Below, piece after piece: positions 1 through 15,400 of a stretch of 64,000 bases of DNA (the stretch's first letter is position 1; each line of letters starts with the position of its first letter). The notes beneath the pieces were generated by a model. The model was given only the letters and a program-made list of their open reading frames with translations. It was not told where the DNA came from and did not search any database. The stretch comes from Tubiluchus corallicola (taxonomy: Eukaryota > Animalia > Priapulida). The stretch lies in NCBI GenBank assembly GCA_030141605.1, contig JAQGDQ010000442.1, positions 131,706-195,705 on the forward strand, in the 5' to 3' direction. A program made the position numbers and the translations under genes.

Positions 1-2694
1 TGATGTGCGCAACTACGGTGCTGAATATTGACTGCTCACATGGCCAATTCAGAAACCTTCAGAGACGTGCTGCGCTTTGCATACTGTCACATGGTACGTG
101 CTCAAGACATGTTCTACTCAAAGGGAAATTTTTATATGTATTTACTGCTGTCAACTTAGTAGTGATATGTAGGGTCTGCTTGCCGTAGTCTCATTCTGTA
201 CTTATCTTTTCTTTTTAGCTGCTGAACTTTGTGTGTCTTTACTACAGCATGGCGAAGGTGAAGCAATGTTCAGGTTACAAGGTACAAATTTGTATTTTTT
301 AATTTATACCTATTTCTCTCACCACTTCAGAGGAACTATATAAATAAACACTCTAGTTAACAGACTCTTGATTCAAATGCAAAAAATTTCTCTTTTCAGC
401 AACTAGTGTTGGATTTAGGTCGTATAACGCCTCTTCACTGGACGGTGCTTTTCACAAAGGATTTAAAACAAATGCCGGATACTTGTCCCATACTGCCAAG
501 TTTCCACTGTTAGCATCAGCGTATGTGCGTGAAGAGTTTGGACTTCACTTCTACTGCAAGGGAAAGAACATTATGAATGAAATAACAAAGAAGTACGATG
601 AAGTGCTGGAGAAGTATGATGTCATCGTCATGCCAACGGTTAATCACTTGCCGCCGAAGATACCAACTGAAGATGTTTCTATCACAGGTACCATTTACAT
701 TGTTGCCTTGTCAGTTTATGATTTCTGCTTGTTGTCTGTATATAAAACAACAAGTGTATAATGTTAGGGATCAGTGGCAGCTCGTAGCTAAAATTACTGG
801 GGTGCTGATTAAGAAAATTTTTAGCCATTGTTTAAATACTGTGTAAAACAGATCAAACATATGTAATTTTAATGTTGTAATTTGTAATTGTAATTTTAAA
901 TAAACAAACATACAAAAGCTTATACGTAAACTGTACTAATAACCTAAATTGTCGCAGTCCGAGCTTGATCTATTCACGGTAAGCATGTGATAACTGACAA
1001 GAAACTGTGTGAGCGACAGTACTTTCTCTACCTGAGCTCAACACCACGTTGCTGGAGCGCACTGTGCTGGGCTGTGAAGCAAACAGTACTAACCTCACGT
1101 GCTTTGGTTCCATACAAGTATAAAGAAAGAACTAAAGAAAAAAGACTTATATTGAATATTATCGAGAATATGGAGTGAAAATAGATGGTATTGCAGTTCC
1201 ACAGTACTTATACACTAGTCACCACTGTTAGGGATGTTAAATGATACAAATCTGGCTAAATAATAATGGTACAATACTTTTTCCTAACAATATGATATTG
1301 ATAATCTGGTTTTTAAGCTACACAGTACAACACAATAAATTATTTCGAACAATAAATGCAATATTGAACATGTAGTTAGTTACTATGCAAGGTGCCTCAG
1401 GATAACGCAACGTGTTCTTGTAGATTATTTCTGGATGAAACGTATAAATGACAAAATTTTCTTCTTTCTTTAGTAATATGTGACCTGCGACAGATAAATA
1501 TATCACGCATATAGATTTATTACTACGTGTGTTTATATGTATGCTGCATTGCCTGTGCAAAACTAGGAGAGTACCTCTAAAAATACCACACTTGGCATCC
1601 GTGTGCTATTATACTGACTGAAGACAGCCGCTATTGCTGGAAGAAAATACAAAATTTTTCAAACAACCTTACAAATAAATGACTTTAAATTTTTTTGCTT
1701 AATTCCAATGCATAAAGTGAATGGATTTATAAATAAGCACCAAATTCGATACGGCAGTGATATACCTTGAATAACATGAATACGATAATTACAGTAATAA
1801 TTACTGACACAATAATTATCAAAATGTATCATTATTGTTAACATCTTTATATTTAGTTTCAAAAACTAAATCAGTGCACAGTGAAATGTCTGTATACAGT
1901 AAAGATGAATTATTAATCTTTAACAGAGAACGTTACAATAAATGTCAATGTCAGAAATATGTTAGAAAATTGTGCTTTCCAATTGTACAGTGAATGGCAA
2001 GTAAAACAACATAATTAACCCTTTCAGTCCCAAATTATTTTTTTAATAAGAAAAATTTTTTTGGCTTGGTACTTTTGTTCCCAATGTATTCTGTGGGATA
2101 CACAACATTCGTCACATGCAAAAAAACAAAGTCCGACTTTTTAAAAACATAGCAAAAGCAAAAAATGTGCTTCATTTTGCGACTGCTGATAATTTTTTAA
2201 GTATTTAAGACATTTAGTATGCATGCTATGCTGATCTGTACAAAGTCATCTCTAAAGTACTGTACCTTGCACAATTTTTATGCTACGTAGATTTTTTAGT
2301 TTGCCATTTTATCACTATTTTTAGTCTATTGTTATTGGCTTAAAAAAAAACTATTAACAGATCAAATAACTGTCAATTTTAAAATTTTATTAATTTTAAA
2401 GGCAGAAAATATTCTTGTATCCCATGGGATACAACGGGTATGAAAGGGTTAAGTTTCTTTTAATTTTCAGAGTATGTAAGAATCACGACAGCAGGGCTTA
2501 AAAACACAACACCATTTAACTTTACTGGACATCCAGCTCTCTCCATCAATGCTGGCTTCTCAAAAGAAGATCATCTCCCCATTGGTGTCATGATAACTGG
2601 AAAACACTTTGACGAAGCCACCATTTTCAAAATCGCACGCGGATTTGAGACAATCAGAGATGACACCATTTTGAGAAAGTCATGGCTTTGCTGA
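1..2694 (+). CDS. Amidase signature family protein, 3' part (5' end lies outside the window)
   Basis: Exons <1..93 (weak), 219..281, 400..687, 2471..2694, joined in frame by GT-AG introns. Translation includes YDEVLEKYDVIVMPT and NTTPFNFTGHPALSINAG...LPIGVMITGKHFDEATIFKIARGFE, typical of an amidase C-terminus. Stop TGA 2692-2694; AATAAA at 2903-2908. Confidence 0.88.
2019..2448. mobile_element. piggyBac-like MITE
   Basis: TTAA on both sides (2015-2018, 2449-2452). 13-bp TIRs CCCTTTCAGTCCC / GGGTATGAAAGGG (2 mismatches). Subterminal palindrome TTGTATCCCATGGGATACAA. Confidence 0.75.
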
Positions 2695-3473
2695 TAATTG
2701 TTTGTAATTGTGTTTATTAAATATTAATACCTAGACATTTAACTAAAAACTAGAATTGTGAAGATGAATTTTTGTTTTCTTGTACTGAATTTTATCTTTC
2801 CCATGTTAACATTTAACATTGTTTACTTTTTTATGAAAACGCTCAAATCAAATGTTTTATTTAAATGTTATGTTTTATTTAATTAAAATAGTGCAACATT
2901 TTAATAAAGAAACTTAGAAAGCATAAAAATAAATTGCTTAAATATGAAAATATTCAACGATGAATTTTTAACAATGCCGCACATTACAACAGCAGCAACG
3001 ATATTACTCTATGAAACCAAATTGTAGACTAACTTCAAGTCTGTTTCAAAGTTTACTCAACATCTTGTAGTCAAAGGCTAATAAACTTGTTACTAGTGCA
3101 CTTTAACAACAACCTAAGCAAAGGCAAACTTATAATTTGCAAAAAGCGTGTAATTACATTGGTAGGTACAAGATTTAATTATCAGTCACTATCCATCAAT
3201 CTAAAAATACTTACTAAAAGGAAAAGATTTAAAGAAATAAATGTCACCGGTTTAATGAACTAAGCGATACAAAAAAAATGAACTCCCACTTTCATGTTAA
3301 TAATTGCATTTCAAAATACGACCCCATGTAACAACAATTTACTGACCAAATTTTGAAATGATTAGATAATGCAAGTTTTAAAATAAATCAACCACTTCGG
3401 TAACGTATAACAAACGTTTTGTTGTGTACCTGCCCTGATTCTATCGCGCTCTTAGTATTTACTGCTTAACTAC

Positions 3474-6400
3474 TTATTGGGTCTTTTTCATAGATGCACT
3501 TTTCCCTTTGTACAGTTCATTTTTGAATTTGGCAAGATCGTTCCACAGGTTTCGATTGAGAACTTTTGAGACGCACAGCACGGCTCCGGAAAGAGCTCCT
3601 GCAAACCCACAGCTGGTAATATCTTGGCCTGAAATGCATCACAACTTATAGTTACTTACTGCAAAGGAATTTTTCGAATAACTGGATAAATTTAATCTAA
3701 TATGCAAAAGTTGTAATAACCCCCTCATTATGGAGCTATTTTAACACGCGGAAAGTAACAATATTCAAGTGGAAAGTAACTACAGTGAAAAACCACTAAA
3801 CCACAATGATTTCCTTCTTTAAAATTGTATGCTATTTCAGATGCTATTTATATGCTAAGATTATTATAAAAGCATGAATGGATATTAAGATTTTTCCATT
3901 AGCATGAGCTATAATGGTGCAAATGCTGCACCTCACGTGTACAACGTAACGTAACAATGCTCAGCTCTGCTAATTTTAGGTCGAAATCATTGCAACATGG
4001 AATTTTAAAATGAATTTAGCAGAGTAACCTAAATCTCAATTATATCGAAGCAGCTGAAAGTTACCTAAACTGTTTAATAGCATTATAACAATTTACTGCT
4101 TTAGCTCTTGTAGTACGTTAAAGAAAAGGTTATATCTCCTTTCTATGAAGCAACTTCGCTCCCAGGGCCTGGCAAGTAAGATGACAATATACAAACTCAA
4201 AGATGTACATTAAGTTAGCTTACATGCACACGTGTTGTGCCAAACATTAGCGGGCAAATAGGTGCCTAATGTTTTAGCATCAGTCACAGCATCCCACCTT
4301 TCCATAACGGACAAGGTAAGAAGTTTTCTGAAACAGTTTGAGAATCCCTACTTAGCAAGTTGATTTTTAAAAGTTTTTTTCGAGATATCGCAGCTGCCGC
4401 TACTTACCAGTCAAAAGCAGACCCGGTATGTCTGTATCTGGCCTCAAGTTGATAAGGACGTCGGGATCAGAAAATCGGGCAAGATCGTGATCAGCACCAT
4501 AGATTTCTCCTTTCATAGATCCCAAATAATAATTATTACTCAGAGGTGAACCAATGTCAAAGTACTCAACCTATATAAAATACTGTATATAAAGTACTGC
4601 CAAAATTCATGAAAGCATAGTGAAAGAAAGCATGGTAAGACATGTACGTGCATACGTGTATGTGCAAAAATATATAGACAAGTGAATATGGCAATGATGA
4701 ATAATTTTTCATCAAAATTATTGTGCATTGTAATTTGAAAGCCTAGTGAATGTGCTATTGCAACTGTATATGCTAGCTGTATTGCAACTGTAAGATGTAG
4801 TGTGGAAATGAATAAACTCTTGAAATGCATGAAAAAAAAGAAATTGCAAGAAAAGAAAGTATAAAAAATAAAAACCAAATTTTCAGTTTTATATCTACAC
4901 CTTTTCCTAAAATATTTTTATTTTTTGCTTCATGTAATCGGGCATAATATTGAATGTGTGTATTCATATTGGTAAGGAAATTACTGAGAATGTTTTGAGG
5001 AACTTTTGTGATCGGACTGAGAAAGATGATAACATTTTTAGAAAGAATAAAAGTGTTCACTACATTGAGAAATCTCTTGTACCAATTCTGCTAAATGGTT
5101 GCCCATCTGCATTTACCTTAAGGACTATACCCTAGCGAAATTGAACACAAATAAATTCTTTGATGAAAGCGTAAAGGTTCAGGTAGTTTCAGGTTCGGTA
5201 AATGTGAGTTTAGGGAAATATTATGTTATGGTATTTACACACTTATAGTAGATTACCCATTGATAATGATAATTATCAGAAACTTAGGCAAAATAAAGAT
5301 CTAGGCAAAATGCAACTTTATTGCACCAGTAGCATATGAATTAATGTCATGTACACTCCAAGCATGACAGAATGTCGCCCGTAGCTGGCACAAACTTTGG
5401 AACATAATAATAATAATAATAATAATATTTATCTTGTAACACACGCACAGTTATAATACAATTAATTTGGAAACAAAAATGTGAAGAAAGGGCAGCGAAA
5501 GACCAATTGGTCATCTAGTCAGCTGCCCTTTGGTTAGTGGTGAACATTTTTATAAGCGCTATGCTACAGTGTATTAGTGTTAGTACTGCTTATAATAAAA
5601 ATTTAATTGTTACGAATGAGATTAAATTGATAGGCTTATAATGTGTTAGCACAATTCATACACAGTAATAATAAGTGCATAATACAAAAAATCAAACTGA
5701 AAATAACTGAAATAAACCTGAACTGAAATAAGAACCTGACAACAGAAACATAATAACAATGGCAACTGAAATATACTTTATAACACAAGCATAAGTAAAG
5801 TAGACACACAGCCAACAAGGCCTTACTTCTATATGATAAGTCAATTAATGCTACCTTTTCTAAGGACTAAGAAAATTAAAACTGAAAAGTAGATAAGGTG
5901 CATTTATTGGTCAAGAGGTACTTAAATAACCACGCTAACTGTCAATAAAAAAAAGCATTTCAGACCTTGTCTTCTAGTTGCGGAAAAATTTTCAGTGTCT
6001 GTTCCCACATGTGGTGGCCTATTGCTTTCTTTATAGCATCATAATCATCACCTCGCTTCATCACACGATTGTCTTTCCACTGATAGAACCAGTTCCAGTT
6101 ACCAAGAGTCACTACTGTGCACACTGACTTGCCTAAAAAGTCAAGTAATTAAAGATAAAATAACAATATTTTCAGAAGTTTTCTCATTTAAAAACACTAG
6201 TCATGCCTTAACATTGTTACTAATTTCATTACATTATGGAATTGTTCGTAAAGTACAAGAAAACACTCTTCATAAATAAATCCTAAAAAATTCGTCTTGA
6301 AATTTCATATCACCTACGTGCTGTCTTATTGCATAGGAGGCTTGCATTAGCAGCAACACTGTATAAAACTTGTAATTTAAACACTGGTGACGACCGTGGC

Positions 6401-9400
6401 CATTTTAACAATAAGTCATTTGAAACAAATTTAGATGGCATTGAGTAAAGTTTGAAAAATAATGAGGGCATTCCTAACACAAATAAAACTCTTTGCTAAT
6501 TAAACAAAAGTACAAACAACTGTACATTGTCAATAAGCTCAACAATGTGTTTTTGGTGAATCGTTTGTGCACACTAAGATGACGATGGAGTGACGTTTTA
6601 CACGGTGACACGAATTCTCTTTCCAATTACATAAGTCTTTAAAAACAGGTAAGCGTAAAGCTAAGAAATTTACAAAAATTTTTTGCGACGTACTTTAAAA
6701 TTCTTCTCCTTTAAGAGAAATCATCTTTAAAATTATTCAACCGAGATACTTAGAATGATTTTGCTCGGAAAAGCACAGACTTGACATTACTTGTTCACAA
6801 TGGTTGCTTAGTAATGGCGGAGTACAAGTAGGTTTTTTGACAACTACAGTAGTACCACTGTTTAACGCCATAATTCGTTCCTCAAAGGTGTTTGAAAACC
6901 GATATGGTTGAGTACCGAATCATTTATTCTCATAAGAAATAATGTAAAAGCAAATAATCCGTTCTCAAGTACCAAATGAACACTAAAGTATTACTTAAAC
7001 GAAATATAATAATGCAAAAATGTTTATTCAAACAGTAGATATGATATAATTGATAAGAAAAACATAAAAAAATACTTTGAAAGAAAAACATAATTGTTAA
7101 AGCATGGCTAGGAAGTGGCATGCCATCACTGGCCCAATTAAGGTTTGCCTTTATGCCAGTATTACCAGAATGAGCCGTAATAAAGCCAGAACTGGCCCAT
7201 AGCTACTAAATTGTGGACCTCTCTTTTTTCACAAGAAATATCAACAACTCTGTCTACATGTACAAAAAAGCAAATACCACTTGAATGTAATGCACTCGGC
7301 CAACTAGACAGCTAAAATCGATACACAATAACACATCTTGATCCTTTTTCTTATTTCTGGTTCTTTAATCGAAACTAAATCTAATCACTGACATGATTTG
7401 ACAGATGTTGTGTGAGAAAAATTCCCCGAGCATAGAAGCTTATCACACGCTCAACCTTTCTGCTGGGCTGTATAACAATGTTTGGTATTGTTCTTATCAA
7501 TTCAAAATCCTAATAGTGTAATCCACACTCTACTGCCAGATACGTATACTCATAGATCAGTGGTTCCCAACCTTTTCCTTGCCAAGTACCCCTTCTAAAT
7601 GTGGCGATCTTCAGCGTACCCCCACCTGATATTTTTCAACAAATCGTTTGAAAAACCAGTTTCCAGAAAACAACGATTAATATTATCGACATTTTTTTAT
7701 TTTAACTTTTTTTGAAAACATGAATTTTATCACTGATTATTAAGAAATACGCAATTTGAACAACTTTCTCAAATATGAAAACATCAATACAAGGAAACGC
7801 GATCTTCACAGCAGTCATAATTAATGATCACGCTGTTCTTGATGATTATCAACAAGTTTTTTGATATCAGGTTTAATTGTTGATATTGCGACTCGCATGT
7901 CGCTCCTCAAATCCAAACGGTTTCTTGCCTACGTCTTCAAATGTAGCATTGCACTGAAGCCTAGTTCACATTTGTATGTTGTCACAAATGGAACCAACAG
8001 CTCGAAAGCCGCAATTTTCAGTCCATTGAAGTCTGCACCTAGCTGTGTCCAGAACTTCTCTAGTGACGTGGTCTTGAACTTCATCTATATCGCGATGCAA
8101 CAACTTGGTGTATTTTACCCTTTTCACCGGCTACAGAAAGAAAAAAATGTGTCGATCTGACACACCTTCTGCGTACCCCTGGCATTGCTGTTGCGTACCC
8201 CCCGGTTGGGAACCACTGTCATAGACATAGTACTCGCCACCATCGAAAACACCCCTTACATAAATACAGAACTGAGATACAAAAACAGTTCTACTCGAAT
8301 TGGTTTATTTATCTTCATCTACTTCTAAATTTATCCCGTTGTACCTTTTTCACAATGTTTTTACCTGGAAAACGTTGTTCATATGTAGCATCTCTGGCAG
8401 AAGGAAACGATATGAACAGCAACGGTACTTCAGCGTCTACAACTTGTTCTCCGGTCAAGTTTAGATAGTCTTTGCTTATGTTATCTATATCATTGCCTGA
8501 AAAAAACAACAAACCCTGAGAATTAGCACACAGAATGGGAGAAAACGGAAAGTGCAAAGAATAGACAGAGCAATCTCATAGATTTCATTCTCATACACAA
8601 ACAAACTATCATTCTGAAAAATGCTAAAATCAGTCATTAGGTATAAAGATTAGACAACGACCCAAGTTTCACTAGAGGCAAAACTTTGTCATTTCAAATG
8701 CAGAGGATCAAACAATCTCACTAAAACCTGTAGAATAATGAAAATCATTTCAATGACTACCATTTCTATTTACAGTGTTTCACACAACCAAATGAACAGT
8801 AGTAAAAATTAAAAAAAATTATATTATTACAAAAAAATTTATTGAATCACATAAGGTAATTTAAAAAACAACATAATCGTATAACTACCAAAGTTAGTCT
8901 AAAATAGTTTGAGGATATGAAAAGAGAATGTTTAACTATGATTAGCAAGATTAACAGACCTGAGTTAATTAGCTACATGCTCTCTGGTACAGGAAAATGG
9001 AATTTGATGCATATGCAAAGAGATTTTGAGTTACAAAAGCTTAAATTTGTTTTGAATCAAAACACTGGTTGGAGCAGATTTTGTAGACGGAATGTCGGTT
9101 CTGCTTCTCGGGTTTTCCCACTCATTTTGAGTCATTGCTGGTGCATTATAGAAAGTCAGCTCTACTGAGTCAACCTCATCTTCGATATCTGCTTAAAACT
9201 GACGGAATTCTTATATATTCACTTGTTTACATAATAAATAAATGAAATTCGATTATGAAATAATGAAACAAATAAGACTTACGCATGAGTAAGTAATGAA
9301 CAAAGTAAGGCTTATATACGAGTCTTGACAAACATTATATTATGATAAAAAACAAATGTTTTATTTATATCTTACTAGTAAATGCCCAAATGTTGTTGGC

Positions 9401-12400
9401 TTTTAAACCCAGTTCTTCCTTTGTTCCTCGCAGACCCACAAACAATGACATGGCACCAACTCCGCTTTTCACTTTCTTCCGTTTAATTAAAGGATAAATA
9501 CCTGCATAAATCAAAACAGTTTGAACAGTATTGATTAAAGATAACGCACTTGAGTTGCCGCTTGAACTTGCAAGATTTTTAGCCTGCCTTGTAACTGTGC
9601 GTCTCAACACAACTTCACTTGAAAAGGCGAATGCCTCAATGGTGTAATGGATAGCACAGGTGAAATAAACCAGCAAAAAGCTGAAGGTATTACTATTAAG
9701 TTCATGTCTCAACAGAGGTCAAAATTTTTCACGCACAGCTGAAATAATCCAGCAAAAAACTGAAGATATTACTATTAAGTTCATGTTTCAACAGAGGTCA
9801 AAATTTTTCAGGCTTGTAATTTAATATTGCTTGTGTGTGTTTATAGGATTGATGAAGTAAATAACAAAAATTAGTACGGTGACTGAAACTGCTGGCCTCC
9901 TTTAGTCAATTTCTTTTCTCAAAGCACCATATTCTGAATTAACTCGTATCTGAGGCTTGCATACCATCAAACGTATTACATTCTAAAATTCAAGTCTTCG
10001 TTTTACAAAGTGAAAAAAAATTTAACCTGTATCAATAATGTGCTTAAAGTAACACCTTAGACAGCCTATTTATCTCAATGATGTTACCATCCTTGTCTTC
10101 TCTTATGTAATTTTCTAAGAACGTCATACTACATAATTTTCTAAGTACGTCATAGTACGTAATTTTCTAAGTACGTCATAGTACGTAATTTTCTAAGTAC
10201 GTCATAATACGTAATTTTCTAAGTACGTCATAGTATGTAATTTTCTAAGTACATCATAGTATGTAATTTTCTAAGTATGTCATAGTACGTGATTTTCTAA
10301 GTATGTCATAGTATGTAATTTTTTAAGTACGTCATAGTACGTAATTTTCTAAGTACATCATAGTACGTAATTTTCTAAGTATGTCATAGTACGTAATTTT
10401 CTAAGTACGTCATAGTACGTAATTTTCTAAGTACATCATAGTATGTGATTTTCTAAGTAAGTCATAGTAAGTAATTTTCTAAGTATGTCACAGTACGTAA
10501 TTTTCTAAGTACGTCATAGTACGTAATTTTCTAAGTACGTCATAGTACGTAATTTTCTAAGTACGTCACAGTACGTAATTTTTTAAGTATGTCACAGTAC
10601 GTAATTTTCTAAGTACGTCATAGTACGTAATTTTCTAAGTACGTCACAGTACGTAATTTTCTAAGTACGTCACAGTACGTAATTTTCTAAGTATGTCATA
10701 GTACGTAATTTTCTAAGTACGTCAAAATACATAATTTTCTAAGTACGTCGTAATACGTAATTTTCTAAGTACGAAAAATGGAGGAAGTTGATGGCTCATC
10801 ATTGTTAATGTTTGTGATTATATGAACTGCAAGCTCACAGCAAAATTTTTACTGTATCATTCCAAATCACATGTATGTGACGATATGTTACTACTCTGGT
10901 AATATCTTCCGCGAGTTTTAATCTATGTTGGTCTGTACGACGTTTATTTTTTATAGTAAAATTAGATGTAACAAGTGAAAAAATAAACGTACTGGTTTTG
11001 CTTGCGATCTCAACAGGTAAAAGTCTTTGGAATGTGTTGAAGACGCCCGCATCTGAGATGACAAGAGGCGCGAAGATGTCAATATGTCCGCTCGTCTTCT
11101 TCACCTTCACGCCTGAAAATATTCACAGTTAGTAAGTGAGATGCAGTAATTTACGATGAAGCACTATTATTTTAATGAAGCCTTCTGTGGTTGAGCTAAT
11201 CCTGCATTTTTTACGATGGTGTATGTTTTATGGCATAGCTTTTATTATTTTACTAAATTATCCGTGTTTTTATTATTTTCCCTTTTTTGTCATGTGCAAT
11301 GCACTTTTAATCAATCAATGTGCCATGGCCTTATATATCTTACGAATTAACTTTTTTGTAATTTTGATGACCCTTTACTTGTAAGATGTAGTTGATCATC
11401 ACGTAAAATGCCTTTAAAATATTCAAAAAATTAATGTTATTGTTATTATTATTGCCAGTTAACCTAGCTACACATATGTAATGCAACACAGCTACACCTT
11501 TGTACTACCTTTGTTGAAAGTCGTAAATGAGGGAAAAGGTACAACTGGTATTAAACTTTTGCTTAATTAGTGAAGAGTGAGCTACCAATATTCTGTTAGA
11601 TTATTATAATTTTCCTTGTCTGGTTATATAATTTCCTTTAAATCTGGATAGAGGTACTTGACCTGGTGATGATTAACTCATGGCTTGACATTGCTTCATT
11701 TTTTCGCTTCTTATGTTGGTTTGAGTTCTTGATTTATATGTAATTATTAGTTTTGTTTTTGATGAGTTTAAATTTTCCGTTTTGTTTGCTAATTTGAATT
11801 TCGTCTCTTCTCATTGCCAAATTTATTTACTGTTTCTAAATCTAAACTCATTTGAACTTGTTGACTTATTTATTTATTTTTTTTATTTTGTTTAGTTGCT
11901 GATTATTTTTATTTGTACATACCTTACTTGACAGGTCACTTAATTTTCTTCAGTTTGGATAGGGGTGGTTGACTTGGTGACCCTTGGTCTTTTCGACACC
12001 CCGTCTCTTTTCCGTCTTTATTTTAGTTTTTAGCTTTTGTTTATCTTTATTTTGTAACATTCAGAGACAAATAAATTTTTTTACTTACTTACTTACTTAC
12101 TGTTTATTTTTCAAAATTCTGCAAAATGTTATCTAAGTTTGTTTCAATGGACTTACTGTTAAACTTGCTGCATCTAACGGTCATCGCAGGAGTTTAAATT
12201 TACAAATTTTATCCAGTCTTTTGCTTACGCAAGGCCTGTGTGCAATAAGACAACATGTAAGTGATATAAAATTTAAAAACTATTTTTAAGCTTTATTTAT
12301 GAAGAGTGTTTTCTTGTGTTTTAAAATAATGTGTCTCAGAAAAATTGTCGGATTCTCAAAGGAAATAAAGATCAAATACAAATTAAGCCATGTCTCTATA

Positions 12401-15400
12401 AGAAGAAAAAAACGCAAAATTTTGATGGGCTTCATGCAAACTTGTGTGTAAATATTGTAAAAATACAGGTGAAAACGAGTTTCTGCTCTATCGTTATGCT
12501 GGACAAAAATAAATACAATAAACAAGTAACGTGGTACTACTGTATGGCAGTGGTTTCCAAGCTTTTTGGGTCCACAGCCCAGTTGCCTTTCTGAATAAAA
12601 TGCTCTGTCCCCATTTCAAACTGCAGTCTGCCTTGGCCAAAAATCTACGTGCATGACTTTTGGTAAAAGATAAAATATAAAGGAACAAAAATTTTACAGA
12701 AATGGTGTTTTTGTTAGAAAACTTTAATAGTTCTTTGTACAAATCACGTTCCACTTTTTGACAAAATCTTCACTTAATTCACAAGACAGGTATACGAAAA
12801 AATGATTCTCTCAGCACGCTACACGGTCCATTTGGAGAGTATGCCATAGCTCACTGGTTGAGAACCACTGCTGCATAGAGTAAACAATAAATAATAATGC
12901 AAACAACAACCACATTAACACATTACTCACCCACTGCTTTGCCATTTTTGATCAATATCTGAGACACGGGAGCTCGAACCATCACCTTGCCACCAGCGCG
13001 CTCTATGCTTGGGATGATGTGGAATGCGATTTCGCTAGCTCCGCCTCTCGGATAGGAGGCACCGTAAAGAAAATGGTTGATTAGACCCGTGTGCAAGATG
13101 AAACTAACCTCGGATGGCATGGATCCTAAACAATAAGAAAGGATTAAAATTTTTGGCATTTTGCTGAAAAATATTACAAAGAAACAAGCAGTAATAAACA
13201 GTAGGAATTTTTTTCTTACAGATTGGGACACTGCAAGCTGGGATTAGCACTCACCAACAATGTTTACCTAATGTACTGATGGTGGCAGGACCAGAACCTG
13301 TCTTATTATCAAGGGTAATTCTCTATAATGAGGCAGTGAGTGAGGTAATACAACTGTCTAGAAGTACAGAACAAGGTGGCCACGCGTCCATTTGATGACC
13401 AGACATGGCATTGCATAACTTTGATTAGTGAGCACACACAGTAACCACATGACTATTCACATCTCTTAAATTTGCTTGAAAAATTAAAACAAAAGTAAGA
13501 CCTGCTCTTACGGAGCGACTAGCAAATGGTACATTTCGGACTAATAAAATTGCAAAAATTTTGCCAAGTGAATTATGAGTGGGTCGATAAAATAAAAACA
13601 GTTGTGCGTGTTCGTATGGCTGCAAGGAAATGACTTTACCAACCAAAAGATGCGGCTTCTTTGCAAACAAATAAATAGCAGCAGAAAAAATATATAATCA
13701 CGATTACACGATATTCAACTGTCCCACTTATTTCATTTTTAGACACAGACTTTTGACCAGTCACCTCCATACATGACAAATAAGGAAGCAGGGTTCCTAC
13801 ATAATTTTAAAATAAATTGCCCTGACTTTTCCTTGACCAAATATTGATTTTCCATGACCAAGATAAGCAGAAATTGTATTACCAGTATACAAATTCATAC
13901 ATTTTTGTGTATGGACATTCATACATATACTAATATATAATGCGTCAGCCAATCATTATGTTTGGAACAGAAATCGAAACTGGGAGCCTGCCATAGCAAA
14001 ATTTTATATGAACAAATATATTGAACAAACAAAAATATGCTTGGAAAAATATCGGCTCACGGTGATTATTTTTGCAACCCTTTCCAATTTCCTTTACTTT
14101 TCGCCCCATTTTCATCATTTTCCCTGACTTTTCCATGACTTACCAGGATAGTCTGTGTTTTCAAGCATTTTCCCTGACCGTGGGAACCTGATGAATTCAC
14201 CCTGTAGTCACGGTAGCAGAAACAGCTAGGAGGTTTTGAATAAAAATATACGCAAGTAAACTCACCATAATCTCCAAAACAGTAAGCAAGAACTGCCTGA
14301 AGGTCTTTATTATCGGTCACTTCATTCAGCACTTCGCCCAGTGATTTATTAGCATATTTAAAGTAACTGGTGAACCAGTTCATAATTCCCAATCCCATAA
14401 ATATTCTTGCTAAGTATTTAGGCAAAAATTTCAATATCATCCCACCGGCAAAGCTCTTACGGCAAATCTGCAAAGCAGAATAATTGCTCATGTCAGTAAA
14501 AATAAAAATGTTCGGCGAATACTATGTACTCTTAGATATTGATTGCATTAACCCTTTCACTAGGGAAGGTGGCACACTGCTGCCTGCTTTTCATGCAAGG
14601 GACGGAAGGCGGTAGACTGCCGTCCAAGCTCAGCACCAAGCACAGTCACCTACGTCTGTTTATTTCACTGCTACGGCCCAGCAAAACATTGTAGAAAAGT
14701 TTAAGAGCCGTGGGATTGGGGTTGCTTTGCAACAATGCTAGCCAGCCAATCAGTGTCTGAAGTCAGGTGCATTCCACAATACTCTACTGCATGGTATGTT
14801 ACCATGCATAATCACTTGTAGATCGTTGATGATTTCTATTCATATACATATTCTACGATAACATATACATGCACTCATGCGCGCGCACACACACACACAC
14901 ACATACACACACAAACACACACACACGCACGTGCATATCCTCATAAATACCATAAATAAGCATGTATACCTATATTTAGAAACCACTTTAATGCAATATA
15001 TAATATGCAATATGTTTAGCTGACTGGTCTGCATTCTTATAAAATGATTGCATATTATGGATTAGTACTATATCTTTTGTGAAAACTGGTTTCTAAATAC
15101 AAGTATACATGCTTATTTATGAGGACCTGCACGTGTGTGTGTGTGTGTGCACATGAGTGCATGTATATGTGATCGTATGAGTAGAAATAAAACAAGTATT
15201 TAATATTATTACTCAATAGCGAACAACTATTTGGTTATTTACAACATTCTATTTTGGTAGCACACCACAAAAAGTTATTGTCAAATGTGCAAAAGTCAAT
15301 GTGGTCCAGTTAAAAAGGAACTACATAGAGAAAGGGTTAAGCCATGACAAGTTAGTGATCCAAATATGCGTGCTGTTTCATTCATTGAACTAATGCTAAT

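Noticed and set aside
1615-1650. CTGAAGA-CAGC-loop-GCTG-GAA hammerhead-like motif
   Set aside because: GAAG instead of GAAA, and no convincing stems I and III.
2694-3474. Overlapping 3' UTRs of the amidase and RETSAT-1
   Set aside because: Several alternative AATAAA/ATTAAA signals exist on both strands; undecidable without transcripts.
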